A DNA stretch of 64,000 bases from Alkalispirochaeta sp. (GCA_965242725.1 CBDESZ010000025.1:160001-224000); one strand, 5' to 3'. Shown: positions 30,526-40,526, counted from the first letter of the stretch. Numbers and translations: made by a program. Notes: a model not told the origin generated them from the sequence alone.

Positions 30526-31506
30526 CTATCGCTCTGAATCGAGATGACGACGATAAGCCTCCCAGCTCGTCCGAACGAGGCTGTCCAGATCGCTGTGGGT
30601 CGCCTCCCATCCCAGAAGTTCCCGGGCGTATCGGGCCGACGCCGTCAGCTTTGCGGGATCACCAGGTCGTCGCGGTGAAATCTCCGTCCGAATAGGACGA
30701 CCCGTAATTGAACGTGCGGCTTCCACGATCTCCATGACGCTCAACCCCCGCTCACTGCCCAGGTTGACGGTAAACGAACGGTCGTCACCGTCCAGCTTTT
30801 CGAGGGCGAGAACGTGTCCCTTTGCAAGATCAGTGACGTGAATGTAGTCTCTGACGCCCGTTCCGTCGGGGGTATCGTAATCATCGCCAAAAACGTTCAG
30901 GGAAGGACGCCATCCGGCGGCAACTTCCATGATTACCGGAATGAGATTTGCCGGCTTCTGTTCAAGACCCCGTACCCTTCCTGCTTCGTCGTAGCCTGCG
31001 GCGTTGAAATAACGGAGGGACGCATACCGGACATTCCTGAGGGAGTCGTACCATTTGAGGATGCGCTCGATTTCCAGTTTCGTAAATCCGTAGTAATTTT
31101 CCGGATTGGTGGGGTGCTTCTCATCGACCGGGAGGTACTCCGGCTCGCCGTATACGGCGGCGCTTGAAGAGAAGACGATCTTCCCGATGCCCGAATCGAC
31201 GGCGGCGTTAATGAGGGAGATGGTGCCGCTTATATTGTTGGTTGAATATTTCTCCGGTGCCGTCATGGATTCACCGGCGGCCTTGAATGCAGCCAGGTGT
31301 ACCACGGCGTCACAGCCGGTCATGGCGCGGCGAAGACCCAGTTCATCCCGGATGTCCCCGTGAAGGAACTCCCCTTCGGGCTGTAAATTCACTCTCAAGC
31401 CGCTGGACAGATTGTCATAGACCCGTACGGTGTGCCCGCCGTCTAAAAATGCCCTGGCAACGTGGCTGCCGATATATCCGGCTCCGCCTATGATAAGTAT
31501 GCGCAC
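30526..31506 (-). CDS. galE: UDP-glucose 4-epimerase
   Basis: 'GGAGYIGSH', 'FSSSAAVYG', 'YGFTK', 'LRYFN', 'RDYIHV'. Confidence 0.96.
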   Translation of the reverse strand: MRILIIGGAGYIGSHVARAFLDGGHTVRVYDNLSSGLRVNLQPEGEFLHGDIRDELGLRRAMTGCDAVVHLAAFKAAGESMTAPEKYSTNNISGTISLINAAVDSGIGKIVFSSSAAVYGEPEYLPVDEKHPTNPENYYGFTKLEIERILKWYDSLRNVRYASLRYFNAAGYDEAGRVRGLEQKPANLIPVIMEVAAGWRPSLNVFGDDYDTPDGTGVRDYIHVTDLAKGHVLALEKLDGDDRSFTVNLGSERGLSVMEIVEAARSITGRPIRTEISPRRPGDPAKLTASARYARELLGWEATHSDLDSLVRTSWEAYRRHLDSER

Positions 31507-31602
31507 ACCGAGAGGGTAGTCCCTTCGGGACCCGCGGTCAAGGTTGCCGGACTGTTCCCATTCAGAGGCCCATTGTGTAGCATGCGGGGAAAGGAGCGAC
31601 CG

Positions 31603-32949
31603 ATGTCGGGAGAAACAAGCGGTAACGATTTTATCATAGCCAACCTCGGCACCCCCAAGATTCCATCACCCGTTCCAGTACCTGAATCTCCCGGCGTTTC
31701 CAGCGGCAATTATGTCAATGAAGCGGAGGGCGTGCTTTTCAATGTGGATGTGGGGAATAAGGACGCCGGAGAGCGGGACCGGGAGGACTGTTTTTCCGGC
31801 GGTGTACTTGAAAAGGCGGGACCCCGGAAAGAGATATACTTCCCGCCCGGTCACGTACATGCCGGTATCGTTACCTGCGGCGGGCTCTGTCCCGGCTTGA
31901 ACGACGTCATTCGCGCGATTACCCGGTGCCTCTGGTATCGCTACGGCGTGAAGAGGATCAGCGGCATTCGTTTCGGCTTTTCCGGCCTGTTGCCGGAGAC
32001 GGCGAGCCCTACCGTAAACCTTGATCCCGATGTTGTAGACGATATTCATAAAATCGGCGGTACCGTCCTTGGATCCAGCAGGGGAGGCGGTACCAGAACG
32101 GAAGATATCGTCGATTCAATCGAACGACTGAACCTGAATATCCTTTTTACGATCGGCGGCGATGGAACGCAAAAAGGGGCGCTGGCGATCGCCCGGGAAA
32201 TCGAAAAGCGGGGGTTGAAAATCGCCGTTATCGGGATTCCCAAGACCATCGACAATGATTTCAGCCTCATCGATCGTTCCTTCGGGTTTGAAACGGCGGT
32301 TTCTGAAGCGACCGCCGCAGTAACGGCGGCTCATACGGAAGCTCACTCGGCCATAAACGGGATCGGCCTGGTAAAGCTCATGGGGCGTGACAGCGGTTTT
32401 ATCGCGGCCCACACGGCCCTGGCAAGCCACGAATCAAATTTCGTCCTGATTCCGGAAGTCCCCTTTACCCTGAAGGGGCAACGCGGGTTGCTTGCGCTCC
32501 TGGAAAGGCGCCTCGAAGCTCGCCGTCACGCAGTCATCATCGTCGCAGAGGGGGCGGGGCAGGATCTGTTGCCGGAAAGTGAAGCGACCGACGCGAGCGG
32601 CAACCGTCGTCTCGGAGATATCGGTCTCTACCTCAAGGACCGGATTTCCCGCCATTTTGAGTCGAAGGGCATACCCTTTACCCTTAAATACATTGATCCC
32701 GGTTATCTCGTCCGGAGCGCCGTTGCGGTACCGACGGACAGTGTCTACTGTTCCCGGCTCGGTAATAACGCCGTTCACGCCGCCATGAGCGGAAAGACGG
32801 CGATGATCGTCGGGCTTATCAACGACCGCTTTGTTCATATTCCCATGAAAATCGCCGTTTCCCGGCGAAAACGGGTTGATCCGGATGGTCCGTTGTGGCG
32901 GGACGTTGTGGAAAGCACGCATCAGCCGGTACGCATGTACGACAATTGA
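31603..32949 (+). CDS. pfkA: ATP-dependent 6-phosphofructokinase (group X)
   Basis: '[10 protein letters not shown]', 'GGDGT', 'PKTIDND', 'MGR.SG'; RBS AAGGAG at 31591-31596. Confidence 0.95.
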   Translation: MSGETSGNDFIIANLGTPKIPSPVPVPESPGVSSGNYVNEAEGVLFNVDVGNKDAGERDREDCFSGGVLEKAGPRKEIYFPPGHVHAGIVTCGGLCPGLNDVIRAITRCLWYRYGVKRISGIRFGFSGLLPETASPTVNLDPDVVDDIHKIGGTVLGSSRGGGTRTEDIVDSIERLNLNILFTIGGDGTQKGALAIAREIEKRGLKIAVIGIPKTIDNDFSLIDRSFGFETAVSEATAAVTAAHTEAHSAINGIGLVKLMGRDSGFIAAHTALASHESNFVLIPEVPFTLKGQRGLLALLERRLEARRHAVIIVAEGAGQDLLPESEATDASGNRRLGDIGLYLKDRISRHFESKGIPFTLKYIDPGYLVRSAVAVPTDSVYCSRLGNNAVHAAMSGKTAMIVGLINDRFVHIPMKIAVSRRKRVDPDGPLWRDVVESTHQPVRMYDN

Positions 32950-33000
32950 GTTGAGGCGCATCAACGACGGCGAAAGACGAGTGGCCGTGACAATGACGGC

Positions 33001-33033
33001 AAAAAAAACGACCGGTACTGACTACCGGTCGTT
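33001..33033 (-). terminator. Rho-independent terminator
   Basis: Minus strand AACGACCGGTA-gtcag-TACCGGTCGTT running into a T8 tract. Confidence 0.88.
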
Positions 33034-33228
33034 GGAACTTCCTTGATCATACATACCGTCATAGACGGTAGCTCAGGAATCCACACTTACAACCGCAACG
33101 CGGCGAAAAATGGTTGCTGTCATTATTTCCGCTGACTCGGTCGGCTACGTCCAAGTCAGCCAATTCCTTCCGGTGGCACGTCTCTCATGACTTCCTCCGT
33201 CGGGGGAAAACCCCCTTGATATCTGACA
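33001..33228 (-). ncRNA. Candidate structured GGA-rich small RNA
   Basis: Own promoter, four hairpins, eight GGA triplets and a terminator; no long ORF; G-U pairs form only on the minus strand. Confidence 0.55.
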
Positions 33229-33234
33229 GAATTA

Positions 33235-33290
33235 AATATGTTACGCCCGGAGGCGGTTGTCAACTTTTCCGGTAAATTTTTTAAAATTTC
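33235..33290 (-). promoter_or_regulatory. Sigma70 promoter with AT-rich UP-like element
   Basis: TTGACA(33258-63)-17-CATATT(33235-40); AT tract at 33273-33289. Confidence 0.7.
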
Positions 33291-33301
33291 TTTCCTCGCC
33301 T

Positions 33302-34885
33302 TCACTTTCTGGAGATGTTGAGGATTTCCGCGTATGCCGAGAGCTGGGCGCTCGGTTTCCCGTCCAATAGCTCTATTGTCAGCTTTTTACCGAGTTGCAC
33401 CCCTTCCTGGTCAAAACTGTTCACGTTCCAGAGAAATCCCTGAAACATGACCTTGTTTTCAAAGTGGGCAAGCAGGGCACCCAGCACCTCGGGCGTCAAA
33501 CGCCGGCCGACGAGAAGAGTCGACGGCCGCCCGCCTGCAAAGGTCTTGTTGGGATTCTCATCCCGCTTGCCCATTGCAAAGGCGACGATCTGGGCCGCCA
33601 GGTTGGCGTTCAACTTGGTCTGGCTTGTAGAACCCTGAAAATGGGTGTCGTCCCCCCGCTGGGAGTCGTAAAACCCGATAAACTGCAGGGGGATCACGTC
33701 CGTACCCTGATGAAGCAGCTGGTAGAAGCTGTGCTGACCGTTTGTGCCGGGCTCTCCAAAGACGACCGGTCCGGTGGGATACGTCACCGGTTCGCCCCGG
33801 CGGTTGACGCTCTTTCCGTTGGACTCCATGTCAAGTTGCTGCAAATGTGCCGGAAACCGGCTCAACGCCTGGCTGTAGGGCAACACCGCCGTACACGGCA
33901 TACCGAGGACGTTGCGCTCATACAGGCCGATCATGGCGTCAAGGAGCGTCGCGTTTTTCCGGATATCTTTTTCAAATGCCCGGCGATCCGCATCGTGCGC
34001 CCCGTCGAGAACTCGCTGAAAGACGGCGGAACCAAAGGCGAGAGTGAGAACGACGCCTCCTACGGCGCTGGTAGCGGAGTACCTGCCGCCGATGAAGTCA
34101 TCGATGAAAAACGACGTGCGGTAGTTCGAGCTTTGCGCCATGGGACTCGTCTGGGAGGTGACCGCCACGATATGCCGGGCAATTTCCACCTTCGGCGCGA
34201 CACGGGCTGCCGTTTCCCTGAGAAACTGCTCATTGGTAAGGGTTTCCTGGGTTGTCCCGCTTTTACTGACCACGATAAAAAGTGTCGACTCGAAATCAAC
34301 ACGATCCAGAACGGCGGAGGCGTCGTCGGGATCGACGTTGGAGATAAAGTGCGCTTCCAGGCGGGAAGTTATCCCCTCGCTGTCGGCCCACTCCCTGAGT
34401 GCGAGGTACAGCGCCCGGGGCCCGAGGTCGGACCCGCCGATACCGATTTGAACGACCGTGGTGAACGCCTTGCCGGTGGACCCCCGCTCCTTGCCGAGGT
34501 GAACCGCCGCGGCAAAATCGCCGAAACGGCCGCGTTGTTCTTCGTAAAAGGAGCGCAGATTCACGCCGTTTTCGACAACATCCGATGCCAACTGCCCGCG
34601 AAGCAGATGATGGAGGACGCGGCGTTCTTCACCGGTATTCATGATCTCTCCATTGACGAGGGCGCGATACTTTTCGATCACCTCCTGTTCCGTCGCGAGT
34701 TCTCCCAGAATATCGATACTACGTTCATCAACGGGAGTCGCCGCGTAGGAATAGACCAGATCTGCGGCAAAGGCACATTGCATGGATCGAATACGTTGGG
34801 TGTCCAGGGCGGTCACGTCAAACGGTTTCGTCTCGGCGAGTTTCTGAAAGGCAGCTGTCTTGTCAAGATTATTGTACGTAGGCAT
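33302..34885 (-). CDS. pgi: Glucose-6-phosphate isomerase
   Basis: 'IGIGGSDLGP', 'SKSGTT', 'GGRYS', 'MESNGK', 'FDQEGVQLGK'; RBS GGAGG before ATG 34885. Confidence 0.97.
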   Translation of the reverse strand: MPTYNNLDKTAAFQKLAETKPFDVTALDTQRIRSMQCAFAADLVYSYAATPVDERSIDILGELATEQEVIEKYRALVNGEIMNTGEERRVLHHLLRGQLASDVVENGVNLRSFYEEQRGRFGDFAAAVHLGKERGSTGKAFTTVVQIGIGGSDLGPRALYLALREWADSEGITSRLEAHFISNVDPDDASAVLDRVDFESTLFIVVSKSGTTQETLTNEQFLRETAARVAPKVEIARHIVAVTSQTSPMAQSSNYRTSFFIDDFIGGRYSATSAVGGVVLTLAFGSAVFQRVLDGAHDADRRAFEKDIRKNATLLDAMIGLYERNVLGMPCTAVLPYSQALSRFPAHLQQLDMESNGKSVNRRGEPVTYPTGPVVFGEPGTNGQHSFYQLLHQGTDVIPLQFIGFYDSQRGDDTHFQGSTSQTKLNANLAAQIVAFAMGKRDENPNKTFAGGRPSTLLVGRRLTPEVLGALLAHFENKVMFQGFLWNVNSFDQEGVQLGKKLTIELLDGKPSAQLSAYAEILNISRK

Positions 34886-34957
34886 GTGTTCCTCCGCCCA
34901 ACAGCATAGCGTGGCCGGCGGGGTGACACAATGGTACACCTGGGCTACTCTCTCCCC

Positions 34958-35866
34958 ATGAAACCGACATTACTTGTATTGGCCGCCGGCATGGGAAGCA
35001 GGTACGGCGGGGTGAAACAGATAGACCCGGTTGGCCCGTCGGGCGAAGCGATTATTGACTACTCGATTTATGATGCAATCCAATCCGGGTTTGAACGGGT
35101 AGTGTTTGTTGTCCGCAGGGAAATAGAAGGGGACGTACGGGACTTCTTTGCCGGTAAATTTGATGATGACCTTCCGGCAACCTATGTTCTCCAGGATCTG
35201 CAGGACATTCCGGAGGGCTACACCGTTCCGGCGGGAAGGACCAAACCGTGGGGTACTGCACAGGCGGTGCTCGCCGCCCGGGACGTCGTCGACGCTCCCT
35301 TTGCCGTCATCAACGGCGACGACTTTTATGGGCGCCCCGCGCTGAAAACGATGGCACACTATCTGAGCCGCCTGCCCGTCGACGGAACCGACTACGCCAT
35401 GGTCGGATACCGGCTGGACAGGACGCTTTCGGAATACGGTACCGTCTCCCGGGGTATCGTCAGTGAGGATGAAAACGGCTGGCTCCAGTCGATAGAGGAG
35501 CACACAAAGATCAAACGGGACGGCGGGGACGTGGTGAGCCTCGACGAAAACGGAAACAGAAAAACCCGTCTTTCCGGTGCCGAAGCGACGAGTATGAATC
35601 TCTTCGGCTTTACCCCCGCCGCAATGGCTCAGTTTCAGCGCCAATTCCGCGCCTTTCTTGACGATCGCGGCGGAGAACTGAAAAGCGAATTCTATATTCC
35701 CGTCGCCATGAACGCGCTTCACCGCAACGGGGACGCACGGATGAAGGTGCTTCGGAGTGACTCCGAGTGGTTCGGTGTTACCTACCGAGAGGACCGGCCC
35801 GATGTGGTCGCTCGTATCCGCAGTCTCGTGGATCGCGGACACTATCCTCCCTCCCTGTGGGGGTGA
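34958..35866 (+). CDS. Sugar-phosphate nucleotidyltransferase family protein
   Basis: 'LAAGMGSRYGGVKQ', 'KPWGT', 'VINGDDFYG', 'WFGVTY'. Confidence 0.9.
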   Translation: MKPTLLVLAAGMGSRYGGVKQIDPVGPSGEAIIDYSIYDAIQSGFERVVFVVRREIEGDVRDFFAGKFDDDLPATYVLQDLQDIPEGYTVPAGRTKPWGTAQAVLAARDVVDAPFAVINGDDFYGRPALKTMAHYLSRLPVDGTDYAMVGYRLDRTLSEYGTVSRGIVSEDENGWLQSIEEHTKIKRDGGDVVSLDENGNRKTRLSGAEATSMNLFGFTPAAMAQFQRQFRAFLDDRGGELKSEFYIPVAMNALHRNGDARMKVLRSDSEWFGVTYREDRPDVVARIRSLVDRGHYPPSLWG

Positions 35867-35920
35867 GGCGTCACCCGGCCGGTTGAGGCATCGCCGCGCT
35901 CAACCGGTCAGGCGTCCACC

Positions 35921-36841
35921 CTATCGGGCAAGACGCTCCGGACGGAGGCGATACGCCGCCGTAATCGTGCCCTGTGCATCGATCAGTTTTCGCGCCCGCT
36001 CCATACCCGCCTGGTACTCGGGATTTCCGGGCATCGCCTGTAACGCCGCCTGAAAACACTGAATAGCCTCGTAGGGATCGTTGAGCTGGAGCCATGCATC
36101 ACCCATGAGCCCCTGTATCCACCCCTCCCGGTCGCGACGATAGGCGTTGTAATAGCAGAAGAGCGCCTTCCGGACGTGATCCATCTCCTGAAAAAGCTCT
36201 CCCAGGCGTATCCAGGCACGGGTCCGGTCGGACTCGTCCACGGCGCGCTGCACCGCACGCCGTAATGCAGCTGCGGCGCGATGGTAGTGTCCCTCCGTCG
36301 CATATTCGTCGGCCCGACGGAACCACGCGCCTCCGGTGTACCGCGTCGGGTCGGCGATAAATTCGGCACGGCTCTCCTGTGCGTCGGATTCATCGGAAAA
36401 GAGCTGTAGCTGTTCACTTGCATCGGCGTCGAATACGGTATACGCGGCGACCGACTGATGGTCCCGCTGTACGATATGAAAACCCGCCGGCGTGTCGTCC
36501 ACCGTTTCCATTTCAAAATAGCGAAATCCAAGCCACGCCAGCCAGCGTGCTCCCTCTCCATCTGATTCCATTGTGATGGGAAGATCGGACTGGGCGTTTC
36601 CATACTCTTTCAGAAACACACGGTCAGTGTATCCGCCGCGAAGCCAGCTGCGTCGGGCGCTCCCATGGTCCTGCATGAGCGGTTTGACCCACCACCAGTA
36701 GGGACCAAAGTGTCGGTATTCATTCTTTTTTGCCGCGATACGCGGTGTGAGTTGGGCGACCGCCTCCTCGATGGCGTCGTCCCGGCGCTGCCGGTCTACA
36801 TCGGCAAGCAGGCTGTTGATGTCATGGGGTAGAAAATACAA
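35921..36841 (-). CDS. TPR-containing protein with an uncharacterised N-terminal domain
   Basis: Three C-terminal TPR-like repeats ('AWIRLGELF', 'MGDAWLQL..PYEAIQCFQAAL..MP'); RBS GAGGAG before TTG. Confidence 0.75.
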   Translation of the reverse strand: MYFLPHDINSLLADVDRQRRDDAIEEAVAQLTPRIAAKKNEYRHFGPYWWWVKPLMQDHGSARRSWLRGGYTDRVFLKEYGNAQSDLPITMESDGEGARWLAWLGFRYFEMETVDDTPAGFHIVQRDHQSVAAYTVFDADASEQLQLFSDESDAQESRAEFIADPTRYTGGAWFRRADEYATEGHYHRAAAALRRAVQRAVDESDRTRAWIRLGELFQEMDHVRKALFCYYNAYRRDREGWIQGLMGDAWLQLNDPYEAIQCFQAALQAMPGNPEYQAGMERARKLIDAQGTITAAYRLRPERLAR

Positions 36842-36891
36842 TGCTGCTTCTCCTCACGTACCTGTATCGGCCAGGTACGGCAAAAGTGAAC

Positions 36892-37248
36892 CTATCGGCG
36901 TTCCGACTTGCGTAATGTTGTAATCAATTCGGTAAGTGAATCCCGTGGACCGTCGGGGAGTTCCGAGGAAAACTCCTCGGCAATCAGGGAGAGACCGCGG
37001 TACTCGCGGTCCGAAACCATGACCGTTCCCGAGTCGAGGACTCCCGAAAAGAGGTCTACCATCGAGGCGGCGATTTCCTGCGCGCCGTCCATATTGAACT
37101 GCTCAACCAGCCGGAGGTACATCCGTTCACCAAGATCGGGCAGGGCAATGTATCGTCCGAACGCCTGGGCGCTTTCATGCATAAGTGCGTCGAGATGGGC
37201 CGTGGTATGGCGACGCAGCTCCTTGAGGAAAGAATCACGGGGTGTCAT
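36892..37248 (-). CDS. Hypothetical protein (118 aa)
   Basis: Plausible composition; GTGACA-17-TATCAT-7-ATG promoter. Confidence 0.65.
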   Translation of the reverse strand: MTPRDSFLKELRRHTTAHLDALMHESAQAFGRYIALPDLGERMYLRLVEQFNMDGAQEIAASMVDLFSGVLDSGTVMVSDREYRGLSLIAEEFSSELPDGPRDSLTELITTLRKSERR

Positions 37249-37317
37249 CGGAAAAATGATAGCCCGTGAGATGGGTCTTGTCACCCATGTTGCCGCGCGA
37301 TTTTCCTCCAGTCTCCC

Positions 37318-38955
37318 ATGGTCGAATCTACCGTTGACGTTTATGCTCTTATCACGATGGGATTGAGTTTTACCGGAAAGAAGAAGGGCGCCTCAAATGG
37401 ATCACTTCCTCGGGACCTCCGCCGGAGATATCGACGGACACCGACGGCCCTGCGGGGCGCGGCGCTGTTGCGTAACGGATCGTTCAGTGCCGTCGTCGTG
37501 GGCGAGAGTGTTCTGCTGGTGGAGGTACCCGGCGATACCGGTGCCGACGGGAATCACGACCCCTTTGACGAGGTGGTCGCCTCCATACTCTCCGCCAATC
37601 CCCACATTTCTCTCGTCCCTGTCGGCAGCCCGGGCGATAGCGACGAAGAATCTCCCGGTTCCCTGCGGTATCGATTGGAAATTCCTTCTTCGATCGTCAG
37701 CCGTCTCTCGGACGGGAAGATATTCGCTGAATTTCTTGTCGGCCGGTTCTGTCAAACCGCTCCCGGGATTGAGCCGCTCGTCTCCCGACAACGACCGGTA
37801 GAAGCGGAAGAGGTGAGTGCGGAAGAGGTCGCCGGAAAGCTCGAATCGGAAGCGATATGGGTCTGCCGGATGGAAGGATGTGACGGTCCGTCCCGGGAGG
37901 ATACCCGTCTTCCGGTATGGTTCGTCAAAGAACAGCGGGAGAATGAGGAAAACGGAAAGCCAGGAAAAAAAGTTGCGGTAGAGCTCTATCGATTGCAGCA
38001 GGCTATGCGAAACCTGGGATTCGATTCATGCCGGATAACCGTCGCACAGCGTCGGATACACACATTCGACGTTGCACCGCGATACGAGACGATTAGGACG
38101 TCCCATTCCGAAGCGTTCTGGCCGTCCCGTTCGGTGACCGTTCTCCGACGTCTCCTTGCATCGGAGGGGAGATCGGCGGAACAGCGAATATTTGCGTTTG
38201 AAGCGGTCAACAGGGGGTTGCTTGCGATCGCGTACCGAATGCCCCGGAGCGCCGAAGAGCGGAAGTCCGGCTATGCCGTACGGACCCTCTACGCTCTTTT
38301 GCAGCTCGGGGGGCGGGGTCTGCGTGAGTTTGTCGATTCCGTCTACCGTTCGGCCGAACAGTTTCACGCTTTTGTCCTTGTATATAACGCCCTCGGAGAG
38401 GCGGAGCGGCGGCAACTTGACCATATCCTCGGAGAGCGGCGGCGGGCACAGCTCGTGAGCGACCGCCCCGACGCGTACCGACGGTCCGGCAGGCGAACCG
38501 TCGTCGAGCCGTGGATTGCGGCGGCGGACGCGACGGAGCTGCTCGTCGGAAGGTACGTTGCTACCGCCCGGAAACGGGGGCACGCCGTGGATGTGGAGAG
38601 CAGAAAAATCATCGACAGCTACTACCTCAAACCGCGCAGCGAGGCGCTGCGATCGGTCTGGGAGCGTGCCCGACGCGATCCTGAAATGGAGCGGTTGATT
38701 GAAGAGGGGCGGCTTTCCCGGCTGCGGGCGCTTGGGCGCAGGGTGCCGCGGAGTGTTCTCGTGGACGCCGCCGTCGGAACGAGGGAAGAGATGAAACGGA
38801 AGCTTTCCGCAGTGTTCTCCCGGCGGGGCAGACAGATGTTCCTCGAGGATGTGGACGTAATAGAAGGAGCCATTCATCGGAACGAGTGGATTGAGTGGGA
38901 ACGGCTCCTCTCGGCACAGAGTCAGCTCAAGGTTCTGGCGCGGAAAATTCAATGA
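37318..38955 (+). CDS. Hypothetical protein with a C-terminal FliG_C-like domain (start may be ATG 37357)
   Basis: Tail 'RRVPRSVLVDAAVGTREEMKRKLSAVFSRRGRQMFLED...AQ' parallels FliG_C. Confidence 0.6.
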   Translation: MVESTVDVYALITMGLSFTGKKKGASNGSLPRDLRRRYRRTPTALRGAALLRNGSFSAVVVGESVLLVEVPGDTGADGNHDPFDEVVASILSANPHISLVPVGSPGDSDEESPGSLRYRLEIPSSIVSRLSDGKIFAEFLVGRFCQTAPGIEPLVSRQRPVEAEEVSAEEVAGKLESEAIWVCRMEGCDGPSREDTRLPVWFVKEQRENEENGKPGKKVAVELYRLQQAMRNLGFDSCRITVAQRRIHTFDVAPRYETIRTSHSEAFWPSRSVTVLRRLLASEGRSAEQRIFAFEAVNRGLLAIAYRMPRSAEERKSGYAVRTLYALLQLGGRGLREFVDSVYRSAEQFHAFVLVYNALGEAERRQLDHILGERRRAQLVSDRPDAYRRSGRRTVVEPWIAAADATELLVGRYVATARKRGHAVDVESRKIIDSYYLKPRSEALRSVWERARRDPEMERLIEEGRLSRLRALGRRVPRSVLVDAAVGTREEMKRKLSAVFSRRGRQMFLEDVDVIEGAIHRNEWIEWERLLSAQSQLKVLARKIQ

Positions 38956-38983
38956 TTGCGATTGTGTGATAGACTGTCTGTAT

Positions 38984-39922
38984 ATGTCACTCATCAACCG
39001 TGCTCGATTCGCAGGCCGTTGGTACCGTGACGATCCGGAAGCGCTTCATGGTGATCTTCTTCATTTCAGATCCGTCGCGGCGGCGGTTGGAGGAGGTGCC
39101 CGGGATTCGGGAGCGGGAGCAGCCGCCGGCCCCGTGTCGCTCGCCGTCCTGCCCCACGCGGGACTTTCATTTTCCGGGCGGGGAATTGCTCACGCCTTTC
39201 TGCCCCCTCAACCTCCCGTGGCGACGACCGTTCTCATCCTCTCACCGAGTCACTATGCGGCGCTGACACCTGATGTGCTCGTCGCGGAATCCTTCTCGTC
39301 TCACGAGACGCCGCTGGGTGCCGTTCCGGGCAGCCCTTCCTTTTCACAAAATCTCCTGAAGGAGAAAAGTATTTCCCTTCGCGTTGACAACGCCCTTGTT
39401 GAGGGGGAACACGGCACGGAGATGTTTCTTCCCTTTATCCGGCAGTGGATGGGTGCCTCTGCGGTTTCAATGATTCTCGTGCCGGAATTCTCCGCTCCCG
39501 ACGTGTTGGAGCGGTGGGCCGACGGGGTTCTGTCGGCGTTGTCCCGGGAGGGTGTTCAGTCCCTTATGGTTATCGCGAGCAGTGATTTTACCCACTACGG
39601 GGATCGATTCGGATATACGCCCTTCGGGAAGCCCGGAAACGGAACACGGGTCCCCGATGCGGTACGGGAGGACGACGAAGCAGTGGCTCACATGGTCTCC
39701 GCCGGTGACAGTTCCGGAATAATTGAACGAATGAGGCGCCCCATTACCGTATGCGGCCGCCACGCCATCCTGCTGTCCCTGGCGATTCGGCGGCGCCTCA
39801 TCCGGTACGGACGGGATCTCACGATGCCCGGACGGGTCGTCGATTATTATACCTCCCTTGACGCCGCCGGTCGCAGGGATGACGATTTTGTATGTTATGC
39901 GTCCATTTTGTGGCGGGAGTGA
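38984..39922 (+). CDS. amrB: AmmeMemoRadiSam system protein B (MEMO1 family)
   Basis: 'AGRWY', 'PHAGLSFSG', 'PSH', 'EHGTEM.LPF', 'ASSDFTHYG', 'TVCG'. Confidence 0.9.
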   Translation: MSLINRARFAGRWYRDDPEALHGDLLHFRSVAAAVGGGARDSGAGAAAGPVSLAVLPHAGLSFSGRGIAHAFLPPQPPVATTVLILSPSHYAALTPDVLVAESFSSHETPLGAVPGSPSFSQNLLKEKSISLRVDNALVEGEHGTEMFLPFIRQWMGASAVSMILVPEFSAPDVLERWADGVLSALSREGVQSLMVIASSDFTHYGDRFGYTPFGKPGNGTRVPDAVREDDEAVAHMVSAGDSSGIIERMRRPITVCGRHAILLSLAIRRRLIRYGRDLTMPGRVVDYYTSLDAAGRRDDDFVCYASILWRE

Positions 39923-39926
39923 CGAA

Positions 39927-40517
39927 GTGGAAGACGATGTGGTTCGTCGGGATTTTCGCCGCCTCCTTGAGTATGCGGAACTTGCGGTAAAGGCAATCGT
40001 CCTTGAGTCGCCGTTCCCGCCCCTGCCGACGGCTGCCGTTCTCGACGAGTGTTACGGCGCATTCTGTACGCTGAAGCGGCTTGGCGCCCTTCGGGGATGC
40101 ATCGGTAATTTTGCGGGAACGGAAACGCTGGGACGGGTGCTGCCGCGGGTCATTCGCGAGGCGGTGTTGAAGGATCCGCGTTTTCATCCCGTTACGGCGG
40201 ATGAACTGCCGGACCTCTCCGTATCACTGTCGATACTGTATCCGGCGGTGGTCATACCCTCACCGCAATCGATTGAGACGGGAAGAGACGGGGTTATCCT
40301 GACGGTGGGGACGCGACGAGCGGTGTTTCTGCCTGAGGTCGCCGTTGAACAGGGGTGGGGCAGAAAGGAAACGCTCGACGCCCTCTGCAGAAAGGCCGGG
40401 TTGCCCCCGGGACGGTGGCTCTGCGGAGATGCCCGTCTTGAAACGTTCAGGACGACGCGGATCGTCCGTGATCCGCCCGTGACGGGGGAAATCGTGATAC
40501 GAGGCGACGGGGAGTGA
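39927..40517 (+). CDS. amrA: AmmeMemoRadiSam system protein A (AMMECR1 family)
   Basis: 'GAFCTL...GALRGCIG', 'DPRF.PV..DEL', 'FLPEVAVEQGW', 'LCRKAG'; RBS GGGAG before GTG. Confidence 0.92.
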   Translation: MEDDVVRRDFRRLLEYAELAVKAIVLESPFPPLPTAAVLDECYGAFCTLKRLGALRGCIGNFAGTETLGRVLPRVIREAVLKDPRFHPVTADELPDLSVSLSILYPAVVIPSPQSIETGRDGVILTVGTRRAVFLPEVAVEQGWGRKETLDALCRKAGLPPGRWLCGDARLETFRTTRIVRDPPVTGEIVIRGDGE

Positions 40518-40526
40518 TGAATTTCA

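Noticed and set aside
33160..33200. CCGGAAGGAA as SRP RNA, or GAGGAAGTC as RNase P RNA
   Set aside because: Lacks the SRP helix-8 flanks (CAGG...GCAGC); too short for RNase P and lacks its 3' consensus
33395..34909. 504-aa plus-strand ORF
   Set aside because: Antisense shadow of pgi; typical of GC-rich codon bias; no motifs
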